The translations under genes were made by a program, and so were the position numbers. DNA of 64,000 nucleotides. Origin: a bacterium (lineage in GTDB: Bacteria; Electryoneota; JAOADG01). The notes below the pieces were generated by a model. The model worked only from the letters and a program-made list of their open reading frames with translations. It did no database searches and was not told the origin of the DNA. The stretch covers positions 224,001 to 288,000 of the forward strand of contig OY820579.1 of assembly GCA_963681965.1 (NCBI GenBank), in the 5' to 3' direction. Of the stretch, positions 38,404 through 49,745 are shown piece by piece; position 1 is the stretch's first letter; every line of letters begins with the position of its first letter.

Positions 38404-39295
38404 GGTAATTAGTGGTGGTTTGGCACAATAGTTGACAGATATAGCACGATCATTTTGAAGATATCCTGATCGCGATTATTGTACCTGAACTCGAGCTCTT
38501 TGAGATACAGCGGAAAAGTCTCTTTCGAAACGCCATGGTGTTTCATCAACCGTTCCTTTGCCCAGCTCCAGAACCCTTCGAGTCCATTGATGTGAACACG
38601 ACCTTTCACAAATTGTTTGCCGTGATCGACTTTCAGATGGCGATAACCGCAGCACATTAGACTGTCGTAGCTGCGAAATTTGTCGGTGTAAATGATGCTG
38701 CCGCGACGAACTTTTTTTACCGTTAACTCGACCAGCGTCTCGGCACTGACATCGGGAACCACTTCTACAACGACTTTGCCATGTTGCTGGAGAATGCCGA
38801 ATACCGGGACTTTACCGGCCGCACCACGGCCACGGTTCCCTTTGCGATGGCCGCCGAAATAACTTTCATCGAGCTCGATGTTACCGCCCAGCGGCGGACT
38901 AATCTGATTCGTCAGGATCGCCAAGCGAATCGTGGTAACCGCTTTGTAAGCCGTTCCGTAATCGAGATTCAACTGGCTCGCAATCTTGCGCACCGACTGC
39001 TCGAGCTCAAACAATTTTACGATACGAAGCCATTGCTGGCAACTCAAAGAACCATGGTTGATCCATCTGCCACTGAAGTCGTGGAAGGTGTATTTGCATT
39101 CCGAACAGCGATAACGATGGTCCGATAACCGATATAGTTTTCGGGTGTTACAACGGGGACAAAATCGCTGTTGGTTTTTCCAGCAAAATCCCAACACGAA
39201 TTTTCGTGCTGTTTGTTCGTTCTTAACCAAGTGTTCGTAAGTAATTAGATCCATGATCACAAGATAATACTTGTGCCAGACCACCACTAATTACC
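38404..39295 (-). mobile_element. IS1595-family insertion sequence with 8-bp target duplication
   Basis: 25-bp TIRs GGTAATTAGTGGTGGT[T/C]TGGCACAA; flanking direct repeat TAATGTTA at 38396-38403 and 39296-39303. Confidence 0.95.
38409..39254 (-). CDS. IS1595 transposase
   Basis: Zn ribbon CPRC..CSEC, ELDESYFGG, GRGAAGKVPVFG, YTD, HINGLEGFW, YLKELEFRYN. Confidence 0.95.
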   Translation of the reverse strand: MDLITYEHLVKNEQTARKFVLGFCWKNQQRFCPRCNTRKLYRLSDHRYRCSECKYTFHDFSGRWINHGSLSCQQWLRIVKLFELEQSVRKIASQLNLDYGTAYKAVTTIRLAILTNQISPPLGGNIELDESYFGGHRKGNRGRGAAGKVPVFGILQQHGKVVVEVVPDVSAETLVELTVKKVRRGSIIYTDKFRSYDSLMCCGYRHLKVDHGKQFVKGRVHINGLEGFWSWAKERLMKHHGVSKETFPLYLKELEFRYNNRDQDIFKMIVLYLSTIVPNHH

Positions 39296-39377
39296 TAATG
39301 TTAATATACTCATAACTGTGATCGATTTCATCGGTTCTTGATTTTGATTTCAAATCAATTTGAAACGTGATCGCAAA

Positions 39378-39410
39378 AAATAAGCGGATCGATGCTCGAT
39401 CCGCTTATTT
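39378..39410 (-). terminator. dnaK terminator
   Basis: AAATAAGCGGATCGA-TGC-TCGATCCGCTTATTT, with a preceding A-run giving the U-tail on the minus strand. Confidence 0.8.
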
Positions 39411-39429
39411 CTGAATATGCGCAGATGCA

Positions 39430-41508
<2,079 letters not shown>

Positions 41509-41926
41509 CTATGTCTGATATTGTCAGTTGTTTGGCAGAAGATTTTGAAGCTGTCATATCTAAAATCATCCTGAACTGTCTCCCTGCATCATCGGGAAGA
41601 ACTCAACTCCTACCGAAATGAATTTCCACCAATATCTCGTTATGTTCAGTTTAATTCTTCGGTATATTTATCATTGAATCCCATCGAATTTAAGCATCTA
41701 GTTGATTCTGTTGATTCAACTGATTCCGGATGAAATTTCCTTGATCCTGGAAAAGATAGCACTTGGAAGCATATTTTGACTGAATTGCGAGCAAAAAATC
41801 CGATTTAGCATACAATATTCTGCGTAATTATGTGATTTAGTAATAAGCTCAATTGTGTCTTTTCTCACCAAATCCGATTATTTTACTGAAATCAACTTTG
41901 TTCAATACCCTTGGAAGACAGGATCA

Positions 41927-42925
41927 ATGATGAACATCAATATTCCCAAATTAATCGATCAATACCTTCACCATCCCGATCCATCGATTCGGTATCAAAC
42001 ACATACGCGACTGCTTGGTGAATCTCCGGATTCGATCGAGCTGCGAAAACTGCGGAATGTAATCAAAACTTCGCCGCGGGTATTGACATTACTTTCCGAA
42101 CGGATTCGCGATGGCAGTATCCCGTACAACGCGTATGGGAAATGGTACGGCGCTCATTGGGTGCTCGTGCAACTTGCCGATCTCGACTATCCACCAGATG
42201 ACGAATCATTACGTCCGCTGTGCAAACAGGTACTCGATACCTGGTTGGATAAATTTTATCTCAATCAAGTGCCTTTGATCGAAGGGCGGTATCGCCGGTG
42301 TGCATCGCAACAGGGTAACGCGTTGTATGCAATGTGCAAGCTGGAGCTGGATGACGACCGGTGCGAGCAATTGGTTGAATTACTGTTGAAATGGCAATGG
42401 CAGGATGGTGGTTGGAATTGCGATAAGAAACCGGAAGCCGGCATTTCCTCTTTTACCGAAACCCTCATTCCATTACGCGGTCTGATCTGGTATCAAAAGC
42501 GACGCGGAAAGATCGATGTATCGCAAGCAATTCGGCAAGCCGCAGAGATCTTTCTTCAGCGGGAACTGTTTAAACGGAAACGCGATGGTAAAATTGTCGA
42601 TCGCAATTTTGTGGAATTGCATTATCCCCGGTATTGGCACTACGATATCTTATTCGCTCTGACAGTGCTGAATGAAGGGGGATTGCTGGACGATCCGCGA
42701 TGTAAAGCCGCTCTCGATTTGCTTTTATCGAAACAGTTACCCGATGGATCTTTTCCCGCCGAAAAGAAATATTTTTTCTCCATTGAAAAGTTTTATCCCA
42801 ATGGAAGCCGTGCAACAGGCTATTCGCTTGAGTCTTGGGAACCGCAAGGGAAACGAATGGGAAATCCTTACCTTACTATCGATGCCTTGCAATGCTTGCT
42901 TGGGACAAACCGTATTGCACACTAG
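41927..42925 (+). CDS. Prenyltransferase/squalene-cyclase-repeat (alpha/alpha barrel) hypothetical protein
   Basis: QW-like repeats QWQDGGWNC and KQLPDGSF; LHYPRYWHYDIL. Confidence 0.65.
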   Translation: MMNINIPKLIDQYLHHPDPSIRYQTHTRLLGESPDSIELRKLRNVIKTSPRVLTLLSERIRDGSIPYNAYGKWYGAHWVLVQLADLDYPPDDESLRPLCKQVLDTWLDKFYLNQVPLIEGRYRRCASQQGNALYAMCKLELDDDRCEQLVELLLKWQWQDGGWNCDKKPEAGISSFTETLIPLRGLIWYQKRRGKIDVSQAIRQAAEIFLQRELFKRKRDGKIVDRNFVELHYPRYWHYDILFALTVLNEGGLLDDPRCKAALDLLLSKQLPDGSFPAEKKYFFSIEKFYPNGSRATGYSLESWEPQGKRMGNPYLTIDALQCLLGTNRIAH

Positions 42926-42969
42926 TATTTCATCAGTGACATCGTACAATTGAATTTCAGGAACATCTT

Positions 42970-44010
42970 ATGAAGCGGTTATTTATTCTTTTTTTTGCTG
43001 GATTTCTCTGCTCGAATCTCGTTTTCGCAGCATCGGCAACACCTGACAATTTGATGGCAGCCATTGCCAAAGAAAGTGGCAAACGGTACTGCAATGCATC
43101 CGAGTATAATGGCGCCGGGTCGGATAAGCTGCAACAAGTCATTTCGACCTTTAACTCACGGGGATATTTGAAGAATTATCGATATTACGTCTTATCCTCT
43201 TCCGATTGGAACGCCTTTGCCAGTTCCGGTAGTTGCTCGCCCGATCTCGTTTGCGTGTTGGAAGGGTTGTTAGCCGAGGTCAAGTCCACTGATGAGTTGG
43301 CAGCGGTTATAGGTCACGAATTGGTTCACAACAATAAACACCATGGCAGCAATCAGCAATCGGCAGCAATGGCGGCGATTTTAATCGGAGCCGTGGTGTC
43401 CGGCAAGAATGATGCCGGACAGGCGCAAGCCTTCGCAGCGATGATGGCGAAGGGATTTAGTCGAACGGACGAAGCCGAAGCAGATCGAGAAGGTCTGTTT
43501 ATGATCACTGAATCGGGGTACAACCCGATGTCGGCAGTCGGATTATGGGAACGGATTTCTGCCAAATACGGATCGGGTGGTGCAAGATTTTTGATGGATC
43601 ATCCACCAAGTCCGGCACGAGCAAAAGAACTCCGACGGTTGGTGAAAAAACACATGGTTCAAACCTCGGACGGACATTGGCGGATTGTCTCGAAACCATC
43701 TTCAAGTTCTTTTTTCACAATGGAAAATCGATATAGTAACGCGATCGGAGCAGCAGTTGTCAGCTCCGGTACGTATTTATTAACAGAAGTGAGTGTGATG
43801 AACTACAACTTTTCGCGATTAACCTTCAAGGAAGATGGAAGTAAGACACTGCAATGGGCAGGTGCGGGGGCGGTATTCGGGTTTTTGTTTCCATCGGATT
43901 TCATTCTCGGTTACCGAAATGGATTAACAGGTCGATCTCCAATCAGGGGAAAAATTCATTTGTCGGGTAATCGTAACGAATTTTCAATAGGTTTGAATAT
44001 TCTGCACTAA
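42970..44010 (+). CDS. M48 family metalloprotease
   Basis: NAFA, DELAAVIGHELVH, FSRTDEAEAD, GYNP, DHPPSPAR. Confidence 0.9.
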   Translation: MKRLFILFFAGFLCSNLVFAASATPDNLMAAIAKESGKRYCNASEYNGAGSDKLQQVISTFNSRGYLKNYRYYVLSSSDWNAFASSGSCSPDLVCVLEGLLAEVKSTDELAAVIGHELVHNNKHHGSNQQSAAMAAILIGAVVSGKNDAGQAQAFAAMMAKGFSRTDEAEADREGLFMITESGYNPMSAVGLWERISAKYGSGGARFLMDHPPSPARAKELRRLVKKHMVQTSDGHWRIVSKPSSSSFFTMENRYSNAIGAAVVSSGTYLLTEVSVMNYNFSRLTFKEDGSKTLQWAGAGAVFGFLFPSDFILGYRNGLTGRSPIRGKIHLSGNRNEFSIGLNILH

Positions 44011-44121
44011 TATTTGTGATACAGAGCACTCAATATTTGTATATAGCTTTACGGTTATCTTGTACTCGATTGGTCGGTAACCTATTCTGAACTGTTATCG
44101 TCAAAATGAAAGGGGCTACCG

Positions 44122-44613
44122 ATGTTCCACCCTTCAATGAAGCTGGTTTTTGTAATTCTGAGTGTCTTCTCTGTTGCACTGTATGGATTCGCGCAAACGT
44201 CGACAATTATTCCCAATCGCACGCTGCCATCGGCTTTTTCCAGTAGTGGTAGTGGATTTGGAACGATTGCTGGAAGCGGTTCGATCGGTATGGGAAGTTG
44301 TTCGGGATTTTCATCGAACAGCTCTTGGAGTAGCCCGATTTCAACACCCTCGCTATCTTCGATGAACCAGCTCTCCGGTTCATCCACTTTAGCGGCGAGT
44401 AGCAAACTCACTTCGCCGCTATCGGCGTTTGCTTCACCGATCTCCACTTCGTTACAGATTGCCGAATCATCCAGCCCATTTTCCGGTGGCTTACAACCCA
44501 CTGGAACCGGCGATAACAAAGCAATCGATTTTCAGCGTAAGGCAACCAATATTCGTCCCAGCGGACTTGGGATTTCATTGCCAACTCCCCAATTCAGCAA
44601 CTCATCCCGATAA
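44122..44613 (+). CDS. Ser/Gly-rich low-complexity secreted protein
   Basis: SD AAGGGG, signal peptide ending GFA, Ser-rich body, terminator immediately downstream. Confidence 0.55.
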   Translation: MFHPSMKLVFVILSVFSVALYGFAQTSTIIPNRTLPSAFSSSGSGFGTIAGSGSIGMGSCSGFSSNSSWSSPISTPSLSSMNQLSGSSTLAASSKLTSPLSAFASPISTSLQIAESSSPFSGGLQPTGTGDNKAIDFQRKATNIRPSGLGISLPTPQFSNSSR

Positions 44614-44637
44614 ATTCAGTTCGAGTTGAAGTTTTTC

Positions 44638-44665
44638 TAGGGCGATGTTATCGCCCTATTTTTTT
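44638..44665 (+). terminator. Intrinsic terminator
   Basis: TAGGGCGAT-GTT-ATCGCCCTA followed by TTTTTTT. Confidence 0.8.
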
Positions 44666-44680
44666 GTATAATTGTGTTTC

Positions 44681-44776
44681 TTGAAAATAAGTTGTCATGT
44701 TTCGGTGTCAGGCTTCGCCTGACCTGCGGGTGGACACGGAGGTCCGCCCCTACTACCGATAACAACTTATTTTCAA
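44681..44776. repeat. MITE/REP-like structured element
   Basis: 15-bp perfect IR TTGAAAATAAGTTGT/ACAACTTATTTTCAA enclosing hairpin GTCAGGC-TTC-GCCTGAC and a minus-strand GTAG-GGGCGGAC-CTCCGT-GTCCACCC REP. Confidence 0.65.
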
Positions 44777-44832
44777 AAGATACTATATTACGCGAAGTAG
44801 AATTATTGAAACCCGTTAAATGAATCATTCAA

Positions 44833-46566
44833 ATGCTGAATACATTCGTCAATCGAAATCACCACTTCCTACTTATTGCGATTCTACTCGCACTGATTTA
44901 CTTCATCGTCATTATGCAATTCTATGCACCGGCATTCTCAACGCCGGATGCCCAAAGCTATTACGGGCAAGCCGGTTTGCTTGCCAGTCATAGTACGACA
45001 ACCCTTCGACTTGAAAACCCACTTCAATATGCCGGTCAGCATTGGTATGAATCCGAACCGAATACTTTTTATTGCGTGCATCCACCAGGACTGCCGGCGA
45101 TAATTGCGTTATTCGATTTTCTATTCGGATTTCGCGCAGGCTTTCTGGTGAATCCCTTGATGGCAGCTCTTTCACTATTAGGGTTGTATCTGTTCGCAGA
45201 AAAAATTACGCATCATCCAGGCTGGTCGCTGTTTTCGATGATACTCATGGCATTGAGTCCGATCGCCAACGAACATGCGTTGTTTGGATTCTCGCATGCA
45301 GCACTGGCAGCGTTTCTCTGTTGGGGATTGTACTTTTTGATCTGTTGGATCGAAAAACCGAGTTGGTATTTCGCACTGCTCTTTGGCTTATGTCTCGGAA
45401 TGATTCCGACCATCCGATATGCCGAGGGCTTGCTTCTCTTTGGCGCCGGGATCGTTGTCGGTTTTCTAATTATTCGCAAACATTCGAAGCATCGAAACTC
45501 GGTGCTATTCGCAATTATGGGATTGGCAATTCCGCTCGTGCCGTTACTGCTTCGTAATCAGTTCGCATATGGTGCATTCTGGCGCACCGGATACTCCGAA
45601 CATATCAATCAAGCAACTTTCACACTCAATTATGCACTCCAACACGCGCCACTTTACCTCTTAAAGTTACTGACCGAAGGCAATGGCGCAGCATTTTTGT
45701 TGGGAGTCGTTGGCATTGTGTATTTGTTTCGCAATCCCGAACAGCGGCTCTTGGGATGGTTATTTTTGCTTTCGATTATTCCAACGACATTGCTTTATAT
45801 GTCGTTTTGGTGGCCGGTTGATGCACAATCACTACGGTTCATTATGCCAACTCTGTATCTCTATGCCGCAGCCGCAGCAATCAGTCTGCATCGTCTGGAA
45901 AAGATCAAACGAACTTTCGCAATGATCATCGCAGGGATCGCGCTGATTGGATCGATCACAATCGGGCTACCTGCTTCACATGTGGCGTTGAGCAATCTAT
46001 ATCAACAAAATTCGATTGTCGATAAAACGGTTCGAGCGATTGAAGCGAAGATCCCTCACGGAAATATCATCATTACGAACGAAGCATTATGTCAGAATCT
46101 CGATTACTACGGCATCTGGCGACTAACTCCGACGGCTTATTTTCTCCTCCCCACGCCACCAGCGATACCGCCGATGAGAAGTACGACAGGACAAGAAATC
46201 CGAACACCCTCGCGCAACGAGCGACTTGCGGCAAAATATCGTGCAATCGCACCTGATAAACGGTTCGAAGCAATCACCCTTGACGCATTTCAATGGACTG
46301 ATCAAGTCGGAAATTCGCTCTACTTTGCCGGTCTTCCCGAACAGATCGAACTATTTCGCTGGTTATTACCGCTGAACGATACACTGATCGTCGTCGATAC
46401 AATTCCGCTCCCAGCGACGACGATGAAAATGAATCACAACAAAAATATTCGTCCGGCAACGATACCATTTTCACCTCCATTCGAATCACACTCACTTCAA
46501 ATCTTCGATTGGCAGCTTGATGGTAGACCGATTATTTTGGCAAAGTGTGAACGAATTCACCACTAG
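44833..46566 (+). CDS. GT-C fold membrane glycosyltransferase (ArnT/PMT-like)
   Basis: PDAQSY first-loop motif, HPPGLP, many TMs, IRY, RFIMP. Confidence 0.75.
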   Translation: MLNTFVNRNHHFLLIAILLALIYFIVIMQFYAPAFSTPDAQSYYGQAGLLASHSTTTLRLENPLQYAGQHWYESEPNTFYCVHPPGLPAIIALFDFLFGFRAGFLVNPLMAALSLLGLYLFAEKITHHPGWSLFSMILMALSPIANEHALFGFSHAALAAFLCWGLYFLICWIEKPSWYFALLFGLCLGMIPTIRYAEGLLLFGAGIVVGFLIIRKHSKHRNSVLFAIMGLAIPLVPLLLRNQFAYGAFWRTGYSEHINQATFTLNYALQHAPLYLLKLLTEGNGAAFLLGVVGIVYLFRNPEQRLLGWLFLLSIIPTTLLYMSFWWPVDAQSLRFIMPTLYLYAAAAAISLHRLEKIKRTFAMIIAGIALIGSITIGLPASHVALSNLYQQNSIVDKTVRAIEAKIPHGNIIITNEALCQNLDYYGIWRLTPTAYFLLPTPPAIPPMRSTTGQEIRTPSRNERLAAKYRAIAPDKRFEAITLDAFQWTDQVGNSLYFAGLPEQIELFRWLLPLNDTLIVVDTIPLPATTMKMNHNKNIRPATIPFSPPFESHSLQIFDWQLDGRPIILAKCERIHH

Positions 46567-46695
46567 AAAAACAAAATAATTATCTTCCCGTTCAGTATTA
46601 CCAATAAGATTGGATATTTTTGTAATCATAGTTGTAAATGAGCAAATTATTCGTACCTTGCTCAGGCAAGTTACTAGAGCAAGGATTATAATAAT

Positions 46696-47205
46696 ATGAC
46701 GTGGATGATTCGAAGTCGCGTGTTTTTTTCGCTGATCGCGATGATGGTATTTATTCAAGCGAAACCGGTAAAAGCAATCTCGTTATTCGACACTTGGGAT
46801 ATTCAGATCGCCCCACCTACTATGATGGTGGGTACGTGGGAAGGTGTCGGCGATAACTTGATGAACGTCGAATACTGCAAGCAGCGCAAGATCTCTTTTT
46901 ATATTGTCATTGGCTCGACCGGACGGGTATCCGGCACCATTGGCGATGCGACGATTATCGAAGGTACTTTTCAGCGGGTTGCCTGGTTCAAACGCTGGTT
47001 TGGCAGTCCGGAATATCGAATACTATTTACGCTGAGCGGTCCGATTGTCGCAAAAGAAAAATTTGTTCGCGAAAGTGGGATTCTCATGCTTGACCCCAAA
47101 CCGATCGATAAAATGATCGGTACATTCGAATCGGATAAAGGGTCATTCGGCAGTGAAACCAGAACGATGACAGTCGTCAATATCAACTACACTCACGTGT
47201 ATTGA
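46696..47205 (+). CDS. Hypothetical exported protein
   Basis: SD AAGGA, signal peptide, VGTWEG beta-rich motif. Confidence 0.6.
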   Translation: MTWMIRSRVFFSLIAMMVFIQAKPVKAISLFDTWDIQIAPPTMMVGTWEGVGDNLMNVEYCKQRKISFYIVIGSTGRVSGTIGDATIIEGTFQRVAWFKRWFGSPEYRILFTLSGPIVAKEKFVRESGILMLDPKPIDKMIGTFESDKGSFGSETRTMTVVNINYTHVY

Positions 47206-47219
47206 TTCTAACATTTTGC

Positions 47220-47260
47220 AAACACCCCGTTCTGGTTTCGAGCGGGGTGTTTTTTATTTT
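47220..47260. terminator. Bidirectional terminator
   Basis: AAACACCCCG...CGGGGTGTTTTTT. Confidence 0.75.
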
Positions 47261-47274
47261 ATGCGAAGATACTG

Positions 47275-49422
47275 TTACTTGATATAAGTAATTCTCGACG
47301 TAGACCTTACCTTGCCACCGATCGACAATCTCACAAAATAGTTCCCCGATGCTACTGCTTCCGGACTCCACCGTGCCTGATGAACTCCTGCTGTTGCAGG
47401 ACCATTCCAAAGCGTCGAAATCTGTTTTCCACATTCATCTACAACTTCGATCCGGCAATACTCGGATTTCGGAATCGAAAACGAAATCATCGTAGAATTG
47501 TTAAATGGATTGGGATAAGACTTCAGGATCGAGACACTCGTCGGTAGAATCGAACCAGTTTCCTCATCAACTTCCAACGCGGTTGATACGTCGTAGATGC
47601 CCAAATTTGTGGAATCAGCAACATAAACGTAGCGATTCACGGTCAACCCCATTGCAGACCCCGGCGTCCGATAATATCCGATCGTTCGCATCTGGGCAGG
47701 ATTGGTGACATTGATTACCCGTAAACCGCGATTCGATTCCGCAACCAGCAACGCATTGCCAGTGATGGCAAAACTCGTAGCACCACTCAACGAATCGAAC
47801 GATCCGAGCAAACTCGGAGCAGCAGGATTGGTAACATTAAGCACCCTGATCGAAGTGGAACTATTGAGTACATACAGAGTGTTACCATTGGCTTTCAAAT
47901 CGAGAATCGAACTCGCTGCCCCTTGATAAGAACCTAACAACGATGGGGACATTTGGTTTGTGCCATTCAGAATGTGCACTTGACCATTCGCCAATCCCAG
48001 ATAAACGGTCGTTCCAACAACATCGACCGCGGAACCGGAAGAAGTAGTCAGTCGATAGGCTCCGGCATAACTGGGACTATCGGGATCGGACAGATCGAGT
48101 ACACGTAAACCATTGCCAATGGCTGCCCACATCGTCGATCCAGTAACAACCATATCGGTAATGGGGCGATTTTCCACGTAATTCATTACATAAGTTGGTA
48201 CAGCAGGATTTGTTACATTAATAATGTCGATTTGTCCGGTGCCGCGACTGACATAGGCACGATTACTGTAAACCACCGTCTGTAATGCATCCGTCGAGAT
48301 ATTCGTCCTTCCTACCACAAACGGAGAATTGGGATTGGTAATATCGAAAATGACTAAACCACCTTGTCGGTTGGAAACGTAGGCGTAGTTCCCAGAAATT
48401 GACACGTCGCGATCAATTCCTCCAAGATTAAAAGTGGTGTGAGTTTGAGGCGAGGTGGGTGTGGAAATGTCGGTTATACGCAGTCCGTTTGACGAGAGAT
48501 AAACCATATTGGCATTCCCATCCACAGCACCACAATTGGTGGGAGCAGTATAGAGATAACTGATTGTCGGTGCCGTGGGAGATGCGACATTGGCGATCGT
48601 CAGTCCCGCGGAATTGGTCATCAGAGCCAGGTTATTCACGACTTTGATATTCGACCAGCCACCGGTAGCCGGACGCAAGATTCTACCTGCCGGTCTCGGG
48701 GGATGCGCGCTGGTTACATTGAAAATGGACAAACCATTATCGTTGGGTACATACAGATAATTCCCCACCAGATCGAATTTTTGGGCCGGAGTCGACATCA
48801 CACCATCATTTACCGGATGCGCGGGATTCGTCATCGCCAGAATTAGAAAATTTGCGCTATCGGCGACAAAAGCAACGGTATCGCGAATTTTCACATCGCT
48901 TGTCCAGCCCGGAGTATCCAATAGCCATGTTCGCTGAGGATTCGCCGGAGCTGAAACATTGATAACCACTAGTCCCGAATCGCCTGCCGATACATAAGCG
49001 TATCCCGCAGAAGTTACCGTAACATTATTCGCATGTCCGGGAATAGCGATGAAGCTGGTGACGATCGGATTCGACGGCGTCGTGACATTTAAAATCCATA
49101 AACCGACATCGCGCTGTACGACGTACGCATAATTGCCAACAACATCGAGTGCTTTGGCAAATCCGAGATTGGAGTTAAAACCGACCTCGACCGGTTGCGA
49201 TGGATTCGTAACATCGACAATCCGGAGTCCACCATTTCCGAGTGCCATATACACTCGATTATTGGACATCCAGTGGATGTCCTGAATGGTTCCGATCCAA
49301 TTGTGGTAATAGTTGCCGAGGCAACTGACATTTGCGCTATCTTGAGCGACAACAAATGAAGTGAAAGTGATCACAAGAGAGAATACAACTAACAAGGGAA
49401 TTCGATTCCATTTCAAATTCAT
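47275..49422 (-). CDS. Long LVIVD-repeat protein with T9SS-type CTD
   Basis: More than 10 repeats of V.GNYAYV....GL.I.[DN]V[ST]NP..P; YPNPFN..SGNYFVRL. Confidence 0.9.
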   Translation of the reverse strand: MNLKWNRIPLLVVFSLVITFTSFVVAQDSANVSCLGNYYHNWIGTIQDIHWMSNNRVYMALGNGGLRIVDVTNPSQPVEVGFNSNLGFAKALDVVGNYAYVVQRDVGLWILNVTTPSNPIVTSFIAIPGHANNVTVTSAGYAYVSAGDSGLVVINVSAPANPQRTWLLDTPGWTSDVKIRDTVAFVADSANFLILAMTNPAHPVNDGVMSTPAQKFDLVGNYLYVPNDNGLSIFNVTSAHPPRPAGRILRPATGGWSNIKVVNNLALMTNSAGLTIANVASPTAPTISYLYTAPTNCGAVDGNANMVYLSSNGLRITDISTPTSPQTHTTFNLGGIDRDVSISGNYAYVSNRQGGLVIFDITNPNSPFVVGRTNISTDALQTVVYSNRAYVSRGTGQIDIINVTNPAVPTYVMNYVENRPITDMVVTGSTMWAAIGNGLRVLDLSDPDSPSYAGAYRLTTSSGSAVDVVGTTVYLGLANGQVHILNGTNQMSPSLLGSYQGAASSILDLKANGNTLYVLNSSTSIRVLNVTNPAAPSLLGSFDSLSGATSFAITGNALLVAESNRGLRVINVTNPAQMRTIGYYRTPGSAMGLTVNRYVYVADSTNLGIYDVSTALEVDEETGSILPTSVSILKSYPNPFNNSTMISFSIPKSEYCRIEVVDECGKQISTLWNGPATAGVHQARWSPEAVASGNYFVRLSIGGKVRSTSRITYIK

Positions 49423-49695
49423 AGTTCCTCCAGAAACATCAAACGAGTGAAGTCATCATATCAGGGGTTGATTGAGAACAGTAGACTACAATTCTCGACA
49501 CAGTCTACGAATTGACCGAAGCATCAAACAACGAATGTTTTCACTTACGCGCAATAAGTCCATATAATTATCGAGCAATTCGGAAGTTATAGTGTAACAG
49601 AATTAAACATTCTGCTTTAAAATTTGTGATTTATATCATCGGGTGTGATAAAGAACACAACTCTGAGTCGGAGTTATTCTTCGTAATAATTCAAT

Positions 49696-49725
49696 AAAAA
49701 ACCCCCGCCAATTCCAGCGGGGGTT
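49696..49725 (-). terminator. Intrinsic terminator
   Basis: AAAAAACCCCCGC...GCGGGGGTT. Confidence 0.75.
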
Positions 49726-49745
49726 CATTCACAATAAGAAGTTGT

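Noticed and set aside
44082-44519. 145-aa acidic minus-strand ORF
   Set aside because: Mirror of the Ser-rich plus-strand ORF, which has the SD, signal peptide and terminator.
49481-49508. GTAGACT...AGTCTAC inverted repeat
   Set aside because: Only 7-bp arms; compatible with chance.
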